A stretch of DNA of 64,000 nucleotides from Thalia democratica (lineage: Eukaryota). The stretch is from NCBI GenBank assembly GCA_965202585.1, contig OZ241826.1:74462001-74526000 (forward strand). The letters are read 5' to 3'. Positions 13,101 to 26,367 of the stretch are shown piece after piece. The notes under the pieces were generated by a model. It worked only from the letters and a program-made list of their open reading frames with translations, searched no databases and was not told where the DNA came from. Every line of letters starts with the position of its first letter. The stretch's first letter is position 1. Both the position numbers and the translations under genes were made by a program.

Positions 13101-16100
13101 GCACCTTATTAAAGTTGTTAACAATGTGATCAAGGTTGAAATGGTCTTCCTCTCAACTTTGTTGTGGTTTTATTAACTTTCAGTTTGTTTGCAATCAAAC
13201 TGCAGAGTTGTGGTTGTAGCAAAATTATAACACTCGTGTTAAAAACAACACGCTCTCGTTCGGCGGCGGCCTAATGAAATTTTTATGCAGCAGATCTTCA
13301 TTTAGATTAGAGATTTGATGGCCTATCACATTTCAGTCGGCGCATCGACAGTGTTCCTAAGCAGGAGCTGCAGATAGTTTTTATGAACCCATTTTAAGCG
13401 GACAGGTTGGAGCGTAGCGTCATTGTTACTTGGGCCTGCGTGTCATTTTTAAAAGTGCTGATAAACGGCGAATGTCTTAATATTTAATTGGATGTTTATG
13501 ATACCTTCAAACTTTTAATGTGCTTATTAGTTTTATTTTCTTTAAGACGTTTTATTAATATTTGGAGTGTATTTGCAAAAAACTTTTAAAATTCATTAAA
13601 TTTAAATTTCAGTAATAAAAGTATAATATTCAAATAATATTTTTCTATTGTTATTATGCTGGCTGATACTAAAACTTTAAAATTTTGAGCTAAATAAAAA
13701 ACTAATTTAATAAATCATATCTTTTGAGGTAATAAAAAAATAGCTCATGAAAATTGAAATATCTTAATGTAAGTGTATTGTAAAGCAAAACAAATCCGTT
13801 CAATAGTTTTGATTTCTACTACGCAAAACAACCTCACAATTTATTACTTTTTCAATAATAGTCTATTATTTTCGTATTTCGCCCAACAATTTGCCAGCGA
13901 AGACTTCATATACGTGCAGGGTGGCTGAGCAAAGAGGCAGAAAAAATAAAACTTTGAATTTTATTATGACAATTCAGTGCATGCCGCATACTTATATTGC
14001 CTCTTTTATCAGTTCGCCTTTGAAGGACAAAGTTAATCTGTGAGCTTACTGCAGATTACGTCAAAGGGCCATTGTGTTTGAAAATTTTGCCAGTGCAGTG
14101 GCAATGCATCCCAAAGGCAAAGAAAGTTTAGGTGCGAGTAAAATGTTGGTTCTTACCATTCCTTTTTGAAACTCATTACGATACCGTAGAAGGGTGAGTA
14201 ATGGCTTTTCCTGAGTAATCACTTGTCAATCGTTTTTAAATTGCTCGAAAATTTATAGTTTAATGTCATATAAAAGATTAACGCATCAAATTTCAATTTT
14301 ATCCCTAACAAACGGGTATTTCTACACTTGGCAGACTGTGGCGTGTTTAAACTTAAAAACGAAAGGAAAACAAATACATAAAACTAATTTTTTGTAGAAC
14401 CGGCAAAAATTCTTCTGCCACGAAACTTAACAAGGCCTATTAACGTGAAGGCGGGAGACAAAATGCACATAAATATACCATTTCAGGTAAATTTAAATTA
14501 ACATAGTTATTATTATTGTATTGTTATTTACACTTATTATTATTTATCAACTATTTATCTATTTATTATTTATTATTGTTATTATTTATTCATTTGTTTT
14601 CATCTATTTTATAAAAGTAGTAATATTAATATATATAGTTATAATAGCAGAAGTTTTAAATATAGTTAGTTTCAAAAGTCCGTTAACTTCCTTAGAGAAT
14701 AACGTTTTTGTATCCAGGGACGCCCGAAACCTGAGATATCTTGGAGCAAGAACGGCGACGACGTTCCTGATCACTTGACCGTGAGAAATCAGATGGATTC
14801 CACGGTGCTGTTCATCAGGAAGACGCAGGTGGAAGATTCAGGAGAATACCTGATGAGGTTGAAGGTGGGCGATGACGAAGAACAAACTGCTACCTTGAAA
14901 ATAAACGTCATTGGTATGTGTGACAATAGAAATTGTTTTTTTTCTGGTTGTAGGAACCGACTTAGTTAGACTTAACTGTAACAATAGAAAAACCTTTAAT
15001 AACTTTCTATTAGTGTAAGTTGGTATTTATTAAACTCTTCGATGTTTAAGTACCATTATTAAGCAGGAAAATAAATCTGTTATCTTATCTAATACACATA
15101 TCTAAAACATTTTATAAGTGTTTACTGTTTACATAGTAAAACTTAATAACATAAAAAACATTTTTTTACAGTTATCTAAAATAACTTTAGTATGTTTATT
15201 TTAATGTAATTTTAGTCATCTAAAAATTTTAGAAAGTTTATTAGTTGAGGCTTGCATAAAACAGACCGACGTTTGCTAAGCTTGAACAAACAAATTATTG
15301 TTTACAGTTGTTAATAAACCTTTCCTGCAGTGTTTTCAAAAACTTTCAAATTTACGACTTTCTGTTTGTAATTGAAGCTTTTCAATCGACTTTGTACTTT
15401 GATAATAAACAAAATTTACGATTCAATATACCATGTGTTAATAAATGTACTTTTAAACACTAAATAGATAACAAAAACTAAGTAATTAATTATCAAAATA
15501 TATCGCGTATGCTTTCAGTCGTTTAAAGTTTCAAAAGTTACATTATAACTTAATCAAAAGCACTAACACAAACTAGTATGACTTATACTTTGTTTTGTAA
15601 AAATTACATCAAGCAAATCTAAATAGTTGATAAAGGCTTAAAGTTTAAAATTTTTATAAGTAGTGTTTGCTTGCTTCTTTATTCCATTCAGCTACCGTGA
15701 AAAAGGGTTAACATTCTCTGTAGCAGTTAAAACTGTTTGTTTAACATATAATGGACACATTCGTACAAATTGTAATAAGAGTTTACTGTTGTTTAATATG
15801 AATAATCACTATTTTGACGTTGAATTTGATAACTGGATTAATTTTTTTCTATGGAATGAATGAGCACTTTGCAGGTGGCAATTATTTCAAGTTTTTTGAT
15901 ATTTTTTGTGCTTTTTGTATTTCGCATCTGGCCTGAACTTTATTAGATTAATCTGTTTATAATGAATACCAAATTAAATCATTTCTAGAAAAAACGGTAA
16001 GTTTAATTTACTGTAGAAATAATATTTAAATTCATTTAAATTGTATCATTTTCAACTTTTGTTGACAGATATAATTTAACTTCATTAAACTAATTTACAA

Positions 16101-19100
16101 AAACTAGTTGAATGAGTAAATTTAAACGTGTTTTTTTATATAACAAATCTATTTCAAAGTAATACATTTTACCTTTGTGTTTCATCTAAGGTCAAAATTG
16201 AAAAACAGATATTCCATCAAAACCGACAAACATCAAAGTGGTTGAAATTATTGAAAATTCTGTTCAACTAAAGTGGGAAAAACCGAAAAACACCGGGAAT
16301 ACCGGACTAAAGGGATATACAGTTGAAAAAAGAGACTCTAGATGTGATATTTGGTATTTTCACATTTGATATATATTTGAAATTATTTATAATTTTTCTA
16401 GTTTAAAAGCTTAAACGATTTAAAATAGACTGAAACTTAGAAAGTAGTTTGCTAATTTTTCCAATTATAAAACAAATGTATTCAAATGTGTTTTAGCGTT
16501 TTATTAATTTTAAACTGTTTAAATTTTTCTGTTCTAAACAATGTCACATTAACATAAATGCTATTTAAGGTTGCTATAAATCTCCAGGTTTTAAAACACT
16601 GTTTTAAGTTTTTAAGCTATTTTTTAAGGGTAAAAATTATTCTATTTTATCGATTTCTTAGCACTTAAAACTGCACAAAACATTAGCGATTTAAAAACGT
16701 CACATGAAATTTATCAAAATCAATCAATAAACAAACATTTTAACGGTGGAGGTTTTAGAAAAATATTTTTACAGCTAATAGGCATAAATATTAATGAGTG
16801 AGATATTACATATTTTGATAAAAGTCAACGTTAATGTTTTTAAATGCACAAACTCACGTAAAAACCTTAATTTTAGTTTTTTTTTTTTGCATGAATAAGA
16901 ATTAACGACCGATGTTTACTTAAGTTATGTCTAGTTATAAATATTTTGTTTTTAGTTTCTAGTTCTATTAGAAAAACAATGATTATTAAAGATTTGAAAA
17001 CAAATACTTTTTTCGAAATATACTTAAGATCAACTTCAAATTTAGTAAAACTAGAAGTTTTATTACTTGTTAAAATATTTCTAAAATGTTGTTTCTCTAA
17101 AAATAAAACATTATACTAGAGATAAGTTTTGCCACTGTGCATTTTGTCCTTATCTCAAATGTTTTATGTACTACAGATAAAAGTTCTTTGAAGGTTTTAC
17201 GCACTCCTATGTTTTAAAAGAATATATATAAAACACTTTACTTAGTCATTTACATACTTTACTAGGGTGTTGTAAAAATATCCGCAACTTTTAAATTTAC
17301 AAGTATTTTATAAAATTTTTGTTGTAAAATAAAAGCTATAAATACTTGGCATCAAAAAATATAATCAAATTTAAAAACAAGTATTTACAACAGTAATTTC
17401 TCTTCGATAAAAGTTAAAAAGCGAAAGCGTTTGTTTCCAAAGCAAATATCACCCTTGAGACTACGAGCAAAACAAATTGCATAAAAACGCAGCAGCCGAA
17501 TTGACATCAATCAATTACCAGAACATTTTTTGTTCAATATTTTCACTTACAGCACGGGTATCGATCCTTTCTCATTCAATGTCCTTCATAATAACCAAAA
17601 ACGTAACAAAATATTCAAAAATGTAAACGATTTCGGCATTAGCCACTTGTCTGGTTGAAACTAAACGGCAATAAAGCCACGAGCCGAAATGTTTTTGAGA
17701 ATTTGAGTGAAGTGCTGTGCAATAAAAATTGACTGCTGGTTTTGAATTTAAACAGATAAAAGTAATAGTTTTGCTGCTAACCTTATTGATTTTACTTCCA
17801 TTTAAGCTTTTTTAAACTGTTTGATAGCAAGAATTTTTTAATTAAAGTTTGCCCTAGTTAATTAAATCTTAATTTAGTTAGTGAATGAAACACAGAAACT
17901 GGCCATAATTAATAGTTTTCATTATTAAGCTGAGATAAAATGATGCAGATTTTCAACAAAACATTTTATTACTTTTTCTAGTTTCGTTTTATTAAGTTTT
18001 TCGAAATTTATAATCAAAAAGTTTAATTGTTGCCAATACTTAGATTACAGCAAAGTATCGATTTCTTGCTTACTTTTAGAGTTATTTAGAAGAGTTTAAG
18101 AAACTACAAAAAAATTTAAAGACAAAATAGTTTCTAGTTTTGGTATCTTGTGGTCCATGTTTTATGAGCAATTAATGTAAATATAACTGTGAAACAACTT
18201 AAAAATAAAACACATAATTTACGGTAGTTATAAAAAATTTTTAGTGAAAGATTTAATCTGATAAAACAGTTAATTTAATAAACAATATTAGAAACCATCG
18301 AAACTTGGCCGAAAACATAGTACTAAAAAGTCATAAAACCTAAAAGAGTGATGAATAATGTATAAGCTTTTATTTATATATCGTTTTGTACTCTTTATAT
18401 ATAATTATTCTAAAATTTAACACTTTAATACTTTCAAATTTTCATAATTTTTATTTCCTTACAAGCCACTTTCCAGGTACGTGGTGAACGGCAAAGTGCG
18501 CCACCCCAAGTTGACGGTGTACGACCTTGTGTTCGGCAATAACTACCTGTTTCGCGTCCGTGCTGTTAATCAGGTTGGTTCCAGTGACCCTTGCGTGCTG
18601 AAGGAAGAGGTTCTCATTCCTAAAGAAGGTGAGAAAAAAAATTATTAGTTTTCTAACAAAAAATTTACTTTGGTAACTAAATATTAGTTGCGAAATAAAG
18701 CATGCACAGTTTAATTGAAATAAAAAAAAAAGTTGTTTAGAAACCTGGAAAAGCTACGAGATTAAAAAAAAGTATTTTAAATTAAACTTTATAGTTAATT
18801 TTTGTTTAAAGTTTGTTTTAAGGTTGTGCTAACAGTTTCAGATTAATTAATATAAGTTAACAAAAGCAAATACTCCAGCTTTATCGAAAGTTTTTTATAT
18901 AACTGATTATATAGTTTTTGTTATCTAAGGCTTAAGCATATTTATTAATTTTTTTTAAATTATTGTACTTAAAAAATCCAAAAAAAAATAAAGGCAAAAG
19001 TTGTTGAAGATTTTTCAAACAATTTTTTTTTTAAATGACTGCTAGTTGACTTTTTTAAAAGTTCAAACTTATTTTCTTTTAGTTTATCATCCTTCTTTTT

Positions 19101-22100
19101 ATAATTTTTAGTTTTTATATGTTTAAGCTAGTATACGTATTTATCAAACTTTTAGTAAAGTGTCAGTAAACAATTTGTTAAATAAATTTAAAGCTAATTT
19201 GTTAAAATAAAACAGATTCCTTGAAAATTGTATTGTAAACAATGAGTATGTTAAGTATTTTAATTTTGTTTGTATATGCTTTAAATCGCGAGTAAGAAAG
19301 TTATTGCTTAACAAAGTTCTATTTCAAAAAGTTTAAAACAGAGTTTTTTTTCTGTAGACAAGATAAGTTTCAAAACACTGTTTAAATACTTTTCAGAAGT
19401 TTACTTGAAACTTATTACTTACTACATTTTAAAAAAGTGCTGAATTTCAAAATTATCGAAAACTTTATGTTTGTAGTAGTAATAACAACTAGTAATAACA
19501 CAAACACGCTGCTTTCTGCCGGCGCTATCAAAAGTGCATATGTTGCACATTTAAAAGCTTAAGTTTCAAAGCAGACCGCAACAGCATCTAGGTCAAACTA
19601 AGTGCAGCTCCACAAACACAGCTACAACCTTTTTTTACAAAACAGTCTTTTTTGAAAAAGTTAGCGTGACTGTGAGATCCAAAGTTTCCCAAGTACAACT
19701 GCAACGTGACATTTGAAATGATAAAAACGTCGTTTTTGGAATGAAAAACAATTTTTTCCAAATTTAATTCGTGTAAATTTGCTACCAAACATAATTTTAA
19801 AGACAGTTTAATTTTATTTTTAATATTAAAATTCTATTTGATAAATTGTGTGCTTGCTTAATTTGGCTTTGAAGTAAATGGAATTTTCATAGGTATCAAA
19901 TATAGAAAACGACAAACAAATAGAGACATGTTAATAAAAACTTTGGTTTTACATATAAGTTTAGCATTAAATATTATCTAGCAAAATATTAAAAGTCGTA
20001 TATTTGAAATAAAAATAGCTATACAACATACTCGATTACAAAACTTAACTCTTAAATACTAGTTGTAAATGCTCAAAACTTTAATTTTTTTATACTTAAT
20101 GTTTGCGACAATTAGATTGGCTTTCGACGCTAATTCTCATTCTTAGGAAACAATTTTACGGTTTAAACTTTTGTTTCGTAACTTATACTAATTATTGGTT
20201 TTATAAAATTTATTTTCTACGTAAATTGGTTTCTATGTTTCAGCTAATCGACAATTGTTTACGTAAATTACATCACGTGATATTCAAATGAAACTATTAA
20301 AATGACCACTAATTGTACTGATGTAGTTTTGTTAAACGAATTTTTTGAAAATCTTTAACCCAGAAACATTTAATTTTTGTGTCTGAATGAAACATTCGAA
20401 AAAAAAAAACTACATTATGTACTTTATTACAAGTAGAAATTTTCCATGTATTTGTATACTTCAAAAACTAGTCAGCCCTATTAGTTTCAAAGACAGTATT
20501 GTTTATTAGTGATTAAATAGTATTTATTAAACTTAAAGAATAAATTGAAACTTATTTTTTTTTTTTTTGCCACAAATAAGTAGAACTCGAGCTAGTCTAA
20601 CAACCTACATTAGTTCAATTTTATATAAAACTATCTTCATAAAATTTCAATATTTAGAAAAATGAAACAATCGTTTTTTTTAGTTGTACCTGTTGAATTT
20701 TTGGTCTTAGTTTTTTAAGTCATAATGTAATCTTAAAAAAACAACATTTAAATTCATGTTTTTCATTGTTGTTTTTTATGAAGTACTAGTTTTAATAGCT
20801 TTACAAAACATTATCATGAATTTACATTAAGTTTTTACACGTTTTTAGTTTTACTACACAAATTATATCTTATTTTTAGATTTTTAACACTACTTAATCT
20901 TTAAAATACCTTAAGCAACTTGTTAAAAATTAGGTTTTTAAATTTTAAAAAGATTAGTAGTAAAACCATACAACAATCATTGAATTAAAGCAGAATTGAA
21001 GTGTTTGTAATGTCCATATTTAGATACATCGTAAGTAATATTTTGTGCTAGTTTTGTAAAAATAAGTTTAGTTTGATTTTTAACTTGTTTGCCCTAAAAA
21101 ATAGTAATCTTGTTTAAGTTTGATAGTTAAAACTAGTTATTTATAACATTTCTAAGAGAATAAAAGTAATTAAAAAAGTTATACCGACAAGTATAGTTAT
21201 CTAGACTCTTTTAATGCTTTTTGTTCTAGAAAATTTTCTAATATATACCCTTGATAAAAGCACTTAGAAAAACCAAATTTAGATATTTAAAACGTATACA
21301 TAAATAAGTACTAAGTAAAATATTATCATTACTATCAATCTTTTTCAAAGAAACAACATACAAGAGGCCGCAATACCAGCAACTTGATCGTCGAAATGCA
21401 CCCGAGTTCACTCAGCAATTGAAGGAGCGGAGGATAGTGCAAAACTACAACGGAACTCTCAGTTGCTCGCTCAAATGCAACCCGAGGCCGAAAATTCGGT
21501 GGTTCAAGAACAAAGTGGAAATCATTGACAACCCAAAGTACAAAATGACTCACGAAATGGGTATGTTTTGATTAGAATTTTATTAGTTTTTATCATTTTT
21601 TGTTAAATTTAATTGAATATACGACGAAAAATTGTACAGATTAACATTATGAACATGTTTTTTTAGCTAAACTTTTTGTGGATGTTTAAAAGGTGTTTCA
21701 ATATTTAAAGAAAACAAAAATTATAAAAGTAAAGCAAGCTATGTTTGTTATTTTAAGTGAGTTTTTCTTACAAGGCTCGCATGCAATTTAACCTTTATCA
21801 AAAACATGTTCAAACTTAAGAAGTATAGACCACATACTTGAGAATTTTTTAACATGAATTATCAAACATCAAAAAATAATACGTCAAAGTTTTTCAATGG
21901 TGTCACTTTTAAGTAGTTTTTGATTATTCGTATGACGTAACAGATATCTTTAACTAATATAAGAAATTTTGTTTTAAATACTAACATTAAAATTCTTACA
22001 TGCATAGACTAGTTACTTTAATGAAAAAGTCTTCATTATTTGAAGTTTATAAACCACTATTTAAGTTTGTATATTGAATATTTTAACAATATTATGTGTT

Positions 22101-22477
22101 ATTTAAATTTTAAAACATAGCTATATAAGAGTTTTTTTTATTAGTTAGAAAATAAGCGTAATTTCTAAGACAAGGTTATGTACTTGTATACTTAACAGGT
22201 TAATTTGTATACTACTAGTCTTTTTTCAAGTAACAAATTTTAAAATTAAAAAGAGTAATTTTTTAATATATAAAAATTGTATGCTAACCCGGAAAACTTG
22301 ACAATATTGTTTATATGTTCCTGATTTGAATTGAAATTTTCAGGTATAGTACAGCTGGAAATCCGGCGTGCGAGACCCGGGGATGGCGGTCTGTACAGCG
22401 TGGTTGCCACCAATGAGCTCGGAGAAGCTACCACTAGCGCGCAAGTCACCGTGAAAGAGTGCAAAACCAGTTATTAG
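987..22477 (+). CDS. MYBPC: Myosin-binding protein C-like, 5'-partial; domains C5(Ig)-C6(FN3)-C7(FN3)-C8(Ig)-C9(FN3)-C10(Ig)
   Basis: join(987-1120,3293-3473,3660-3770,4785-4973,7748-7857,8092-8302,14398-14486,14718-14913,16209-16353,18477-18628,21351-21560,22344-22477). All introns are GT-AG, all phases match, and the frame is open for ~620 codons to TAG. The translation parallels vertebrate MyBP-C: EPAKIYLDC, GYFVERRK..W, EGVDYEVRV.AAN.IG, NIPFQ|GRPKPEI.W.K, GNNYLFRVRAVNQVG, APEFTQ.L, PRPKIRWFKN. The paralog (C1/C2/C3) cannot be assigned. Confidence 0.95.
3293..3473 (+). CDS. MYBPC: MyBP-C-like exon, C5 C-half (NLTCSDD...EDSGTYTVT...KVVVI)
   Basis: AG at 3291-3292; donor gtgagt at 3474; Ig DSGxY motif. 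Confidence 0.93.
3660..3770 (+). CDS. MYBPC: MyBP-C-like exon, C6 FN3 N-half (DTPGKVSKPTVSEIKTDSCLVSW...)
   Basis: tttttag acceptor; gttaga donor; phase 1 to 1; FN3 start pattern. Confidence 0.88.
4785..4973 (+). CDS. MYBPC: MyBP-C-like exon, C6 FN3 C-half (GYFVERRKIGLRRW...PSAPFTPL)
   Basis: acag acceptor; gtacgt donor; strong FN3 motifs. Confidence 0.95.
7748..7857 (+). CDS. MYBPC: MyBP-C-like exon, C7 N-half (GLCEKPEKFRV...ISLTW...DGYK)
   Basis: tcag acceptor; gtttgc donor; phase 1 to 0. Confidence 0.92.
8092..8302 (+). CDS. MYBPC: MyBP-C-like exon, C7 C-half (LEKT...GLQTGLKYKFRIAAVNRAG...EPVT)
   Basis: gtcag acceptor; gtcagt donor; phase 0 to 1. Confidence 0.94.
14398..14486 (+). CDS. 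MYBPC: MyBP-C-like exon, C8 start (EPAKILLPRNL...NIPFQ)
   Basis: ttgtag acceptor; gtaaat donor; phase 1 to 0. Confidence 0.93.
14718..14913 (+). CDS. MYBPC: MyBP-C-like exon, C8 (GRPKPEISWSK...LFIRK...DSGEY...NVI)
   Basis: tccag acceptor; gtatgt donor; phase 0 to 1. Confidence 0.95.
16209..16353 (+). CDS. MYBPC: MyBP-C-like exon, C9 N-half (DIPSKP...LKWEKPKNTGNTGLKGYTVEK)
   Basis: acag acceptor; gtattt donor; phase 1 to 2, splitting the Trp codon. Confidence 0.92.
18477..18628 (+). CDS. MYBPC: MyBP-C-like exon, C9 C-half (YVVNG...GNNYLFRVRAVNQVG...IPKE)
   Basis: ttccag acceptor; gtgaga donor; phase 2 to 1. Confidence 0.95.
21351..21560 (+). CDS. MYBPC: MyBP-C-like exon, linker plus C10 N-half (TTYKRPQY...APEFTQQL...PKIRWFKN)
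   Basis: tttttcaaag acceptor; gtatgt donor; phase 1 to 1. Confidence 0.95.
22344..22477 (+). CDS. MYBPC: MyBP-C-like last coding exon, C10 C-half (GIVQLEIRR..PGDGGLY..VATNELGEA...ECKTSY*)
   Basis: tttcag acceptor; TAG at 22475-22477. A possible alternative 3' exon is listed under findings. Confidence 0.92.
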
Positions 22478-25400
22478 CTGGAGAAAGATATTTATTTTTT
22501 TCTGTCGAATTAAAACTTTTTTGTTCAAGTTTGAAAACAACGGTTTTTAAATTTTCTTTCAAGCTTGTTGTTTCGATTGAGTTCATGCAACGTTTTAGCA
22601 CACAGATGTTTAAAAACTTTTATTCTATAAAAAGTGTTGTTCTAATATAGTTTGCTTAAACTTTTTTTAATATGTGTTTGAATAAACTAAAACGCAAAGT
22701 AATTGTTTATGTTACCATAAAAAGCAGCCTACAGCTTTTACTTTAGCACAAACAAAATATTTTAAAAACATTATTGCGTTTAAATTGCGTATTTAAGAGG
22801 CCGTTTAGTGACACGGCGAGGCGATGGTAATGTCCAAAAGCGCCTGCAAATACGTAAATAATGACCAGCTCATGGCCGCATAACTGTCACGAACCGCTAT
22901 ACACTTCTATATATCTCCAGCTATCAAGAATTCGAATTTGAACTGTGTCGGCAAAATAATGGCTCGATGGCAAAACGTTTTCGGTCGTAATCTCTTCGCC
23001 CACACGCGCTGGTATAAACATGATAACCGCTACTTTTGCACTCTATAAGATTTTTTTTTCTGAAAACAGCGAAGTCGCTGAAACGGCGACCGACTCTCTC
23101 TCGACTAACTTGGTATCCGAAAAGGTCTGGCGCAAATCCCGAAGGCCCGTAGATGTCACTCTGAAGAAAGACGAAGCACAAACACAGAGTATTAAAGATT
23201 TGCTCCAATCTCCCGTCGCATCGCAAAAAGATCAAAAGATTTCGAAGCGGCTTTCAAACGGCCGCTAGAACACACGTATGCTCTTAGCAACCGTCTATCT
23301 GTTGCCGCGGACGAGGCTGGAAGAGATCGTTGTCAGGGAGAACTTAAAGGATCACGATGTCATTATTTTTGTGTACGAGAGTTTATGGTTTTGCCTCGCT
23401 TTTAATATAATAATGAAGCTGCCGAGCCGTATTAAAATTTTTGCGACAAGCCTCGTATATAGGCACACATAAACAAACAGGCATTTTAATCCGACTTGTT
23501 TAAATTTGTGTTTGACCTATATCAAAATGAGATCGAGTTCATATTCTGCTACCATTTCAGTGAAGTTTCGAGCTTTCTGTACTTGAGCATCGTTGGAGTA
23601 AATATGCCTTATAAAAAATTACAGGTTTCAAAATATATACAAATAAGTTTATACTAATCTGAGCTTCTCAATAAATCTCAGTTACATAAAATTTTTAGAT
23701 AGAAACTATTCTATATGTATATATATTCTAAAAGCCTTCCCTACAACTATGTTTAGCTACAAATAACAAAAAAATAAAAACTTCAAAGTTAAATATACGG
23801 TTAGCATTTGAGTTTATGAGTGCAAATGTTTGTAACGCTAAGCCACATAAAAGTATTTTGCGTTTGTACACTAAACTAGTTATGTCATTTTACTTGAAGT
23901 TTAAGCTTAATATTTATTTTCTAAACCAACTCTCACAACAAACCTTAAATGTACTAAAATGCTTGATATTTTATGTACAAGTCAGCTAAAATAAAAGGGA
24001 TTAACAACAGTCTTAACATGCCACAATTATACGTGTTTAGACTGTTTGAAGTTATAATGTTTACAGACATGTTAATATTTTAACGCTTCAAAAGTAGAAA
24101 CTTATATTTTTTAACTGTAAACAAAATAACAATTTAATCAAAGTGTTTTTTTTTTTGCTCAAGTGTTGAAATTTAATCACCGTTTGAAAAAGTCTAATAG
24201 GTGGTTTGCAAAAAAAAAAATACAGCGTTGATTCGAATTGCTACTTTTACACTTTCGCGTGAAGTCTAAATTGCAGTCTTTGTAAGCTATTAAGTTTAAT
24301 TACTTTGACAGTTTCACCTCGTCGTAAAGTTTATTATAATGATAATGTTTTGTGATGCCGTTCATTGTTCCTTTACCTTGTTGTTTATATTGTTTACCAG
24401 GGTCAACTAGATAAAAATCAACTAATCACTTAGCTTTATGCGTTTAACCTTGTATTTTAAGCAGCCTTAAGGTTTTATTGAGTTGTATGGGTAGAATAAT
24501 TAAATCTCTGTAATACTTTCTTTAAACTTACCTAAAACTAAAGCTGTTTATTGAATTTGTGAGTTAATTATAGCTATTTTTGTTTACATACTATATCACA
24601 ACAGTTTCTAGCAACTTTTATACTTTGTAAACAGGATTAGGTTTTAAATAATATTTAATGTTGTACTTATTTTAGCATTGTTAATTTTGATTTATCGTTA
24701 CTGATAATAAGTTTTGATAACATAAAAGTTTTTTTTTAAGTTTTAAACAATATTCAACTTAAATTAAAGACGTGTTTAAGCCTAAACAAAAGTACTTTCA
24801 TACATAAAACGGTAATTTCTTGTTTTAATGCTTTTGCTTTAAAACACATTGAATTGAAACCTTGCTAAACGAGCTTCTATTACACAGCCATTAAGCTGAA
24901 GCCTTCGAAAGCATTACGTAACTGCGCAGTGATTGATGGCGGAAAATTCACCACATGCAGCTACCTTGCGTTTGTCAGCAACAAATTTATTGTTAGCCGT
25001 TTCTACAAGCTACTTTTTTTTTGCTGCGTTTTTCCGCTTGAACTTTTCATTTCCATTGCCACACCGCCGGTCGCAGCCGATTTAAACGCTCGTTAGCTCT
25101 ATGATGCTCGGGCATTTCGCTGTTGAGGGACTTGAAGAAAAAGCAATTTGCCTCGAAATTAAGCAATGAGCGAAAGCTGACTGGTGGCGGGGGCGGGGGG
25201 CGGTTTATTTTCTTTCTGCTACTTTAGCGTTTATCTTTGTTGATAATCTGTAAGGTCGAGCAGAAGCAGCAGTTAGTGATCAGCAGCTTCTGCCGTGAGA
25301 GCTCAAGTAACCGGTTTGGCATAGAAACTTTTGATGGCTGCTAACTAGCAGCTCTTTTTGCTATAAAGTGACATTAATTTACGTTAAGCTAAACGCGTAT

Positions 25401-26367
25401 TGAATACATAATTCTTTTACAACGTCCTACCTATTTGTTTGTTTTATACTGAGCGTCATAAAGTAAAACCTTTTTAAGCTTAAAATACGCTTGAGCATTT
25501 TATAATAGTTTATAAAACATTTTCTAACGAGTGTGGCTTCAAGTCGGCTACACATGACGTGTTGTCTGTTGACTGCCAACAATGAAAAAGTCGCTTGCGA
25601 AAACAAACAGAAGTGTGTGGCTGCTATCTTGTCAAAATATTTTCCCTGCTTGAACTTGAATGCGTTTTGTTAAACGGATAATTTGCGCCTATAAAAAGCC
25701 TGCGTGTGTGGCTCTGCGCAATTGAAACGGATTAAGCCAGACGCTGCACGAAAATACTCTTGGTAAGAAAAAAAAAATTGAGCGGCAAACAGAATACTAC
25801 GGCTGCTTAGCTTTCAGCTGGCAGCATTAAGCTTTTGTTTACTGTAAACAGAGCGGGGAAGGACAACCAGTTGATGTTTTTACAACAACCATTTCTAAGC
25901 AAGTTAACGATGCCGTAGCACCTGTACGGCAACAATGATGAATAAACACAATGAGAGCTTCTCGCATTCTTTACAGTTCGTTTTATTGACACACAAAAAA
26001 GTCAGAAGTCAAATTTACACACAAAAAAAAAGTTGTAACTCGGCAGAAATTAAAGTATGAAGTTTTAAAGCAGCATTTTTATAACTTTAAAAAGGTTGCA
26101 ACATTAAAATTGAAAAAAAGCGATAAACTTTGAACGGTTTACTGAAGGATGGTGTAAAATAGCAAGTTACTTTAGAGTCAAAAAGCATCCTGAAAAACAA
26201 GTGTTTTAGGACTTGTCTTGAGTACAATTAAGACTTAAACTAAAACAGACTTTTAAATCTTTTAATATTTGAATCATTCACAAACTTATAATTTAAAAAT
26301 GTTAAAAGCACATAAAAATTGTAAACGAATGAAAATTACTTTAAAAGTTTAAGTTAACAGTGTGTTT

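Noticed and set aside
14521-14778. 85-aa hydrophobic ORF resembling a membrane protein
   Set aside because: Read-through of a low-complexity AT-rich intron; I/L/F/Y bias is a compositional artefact.
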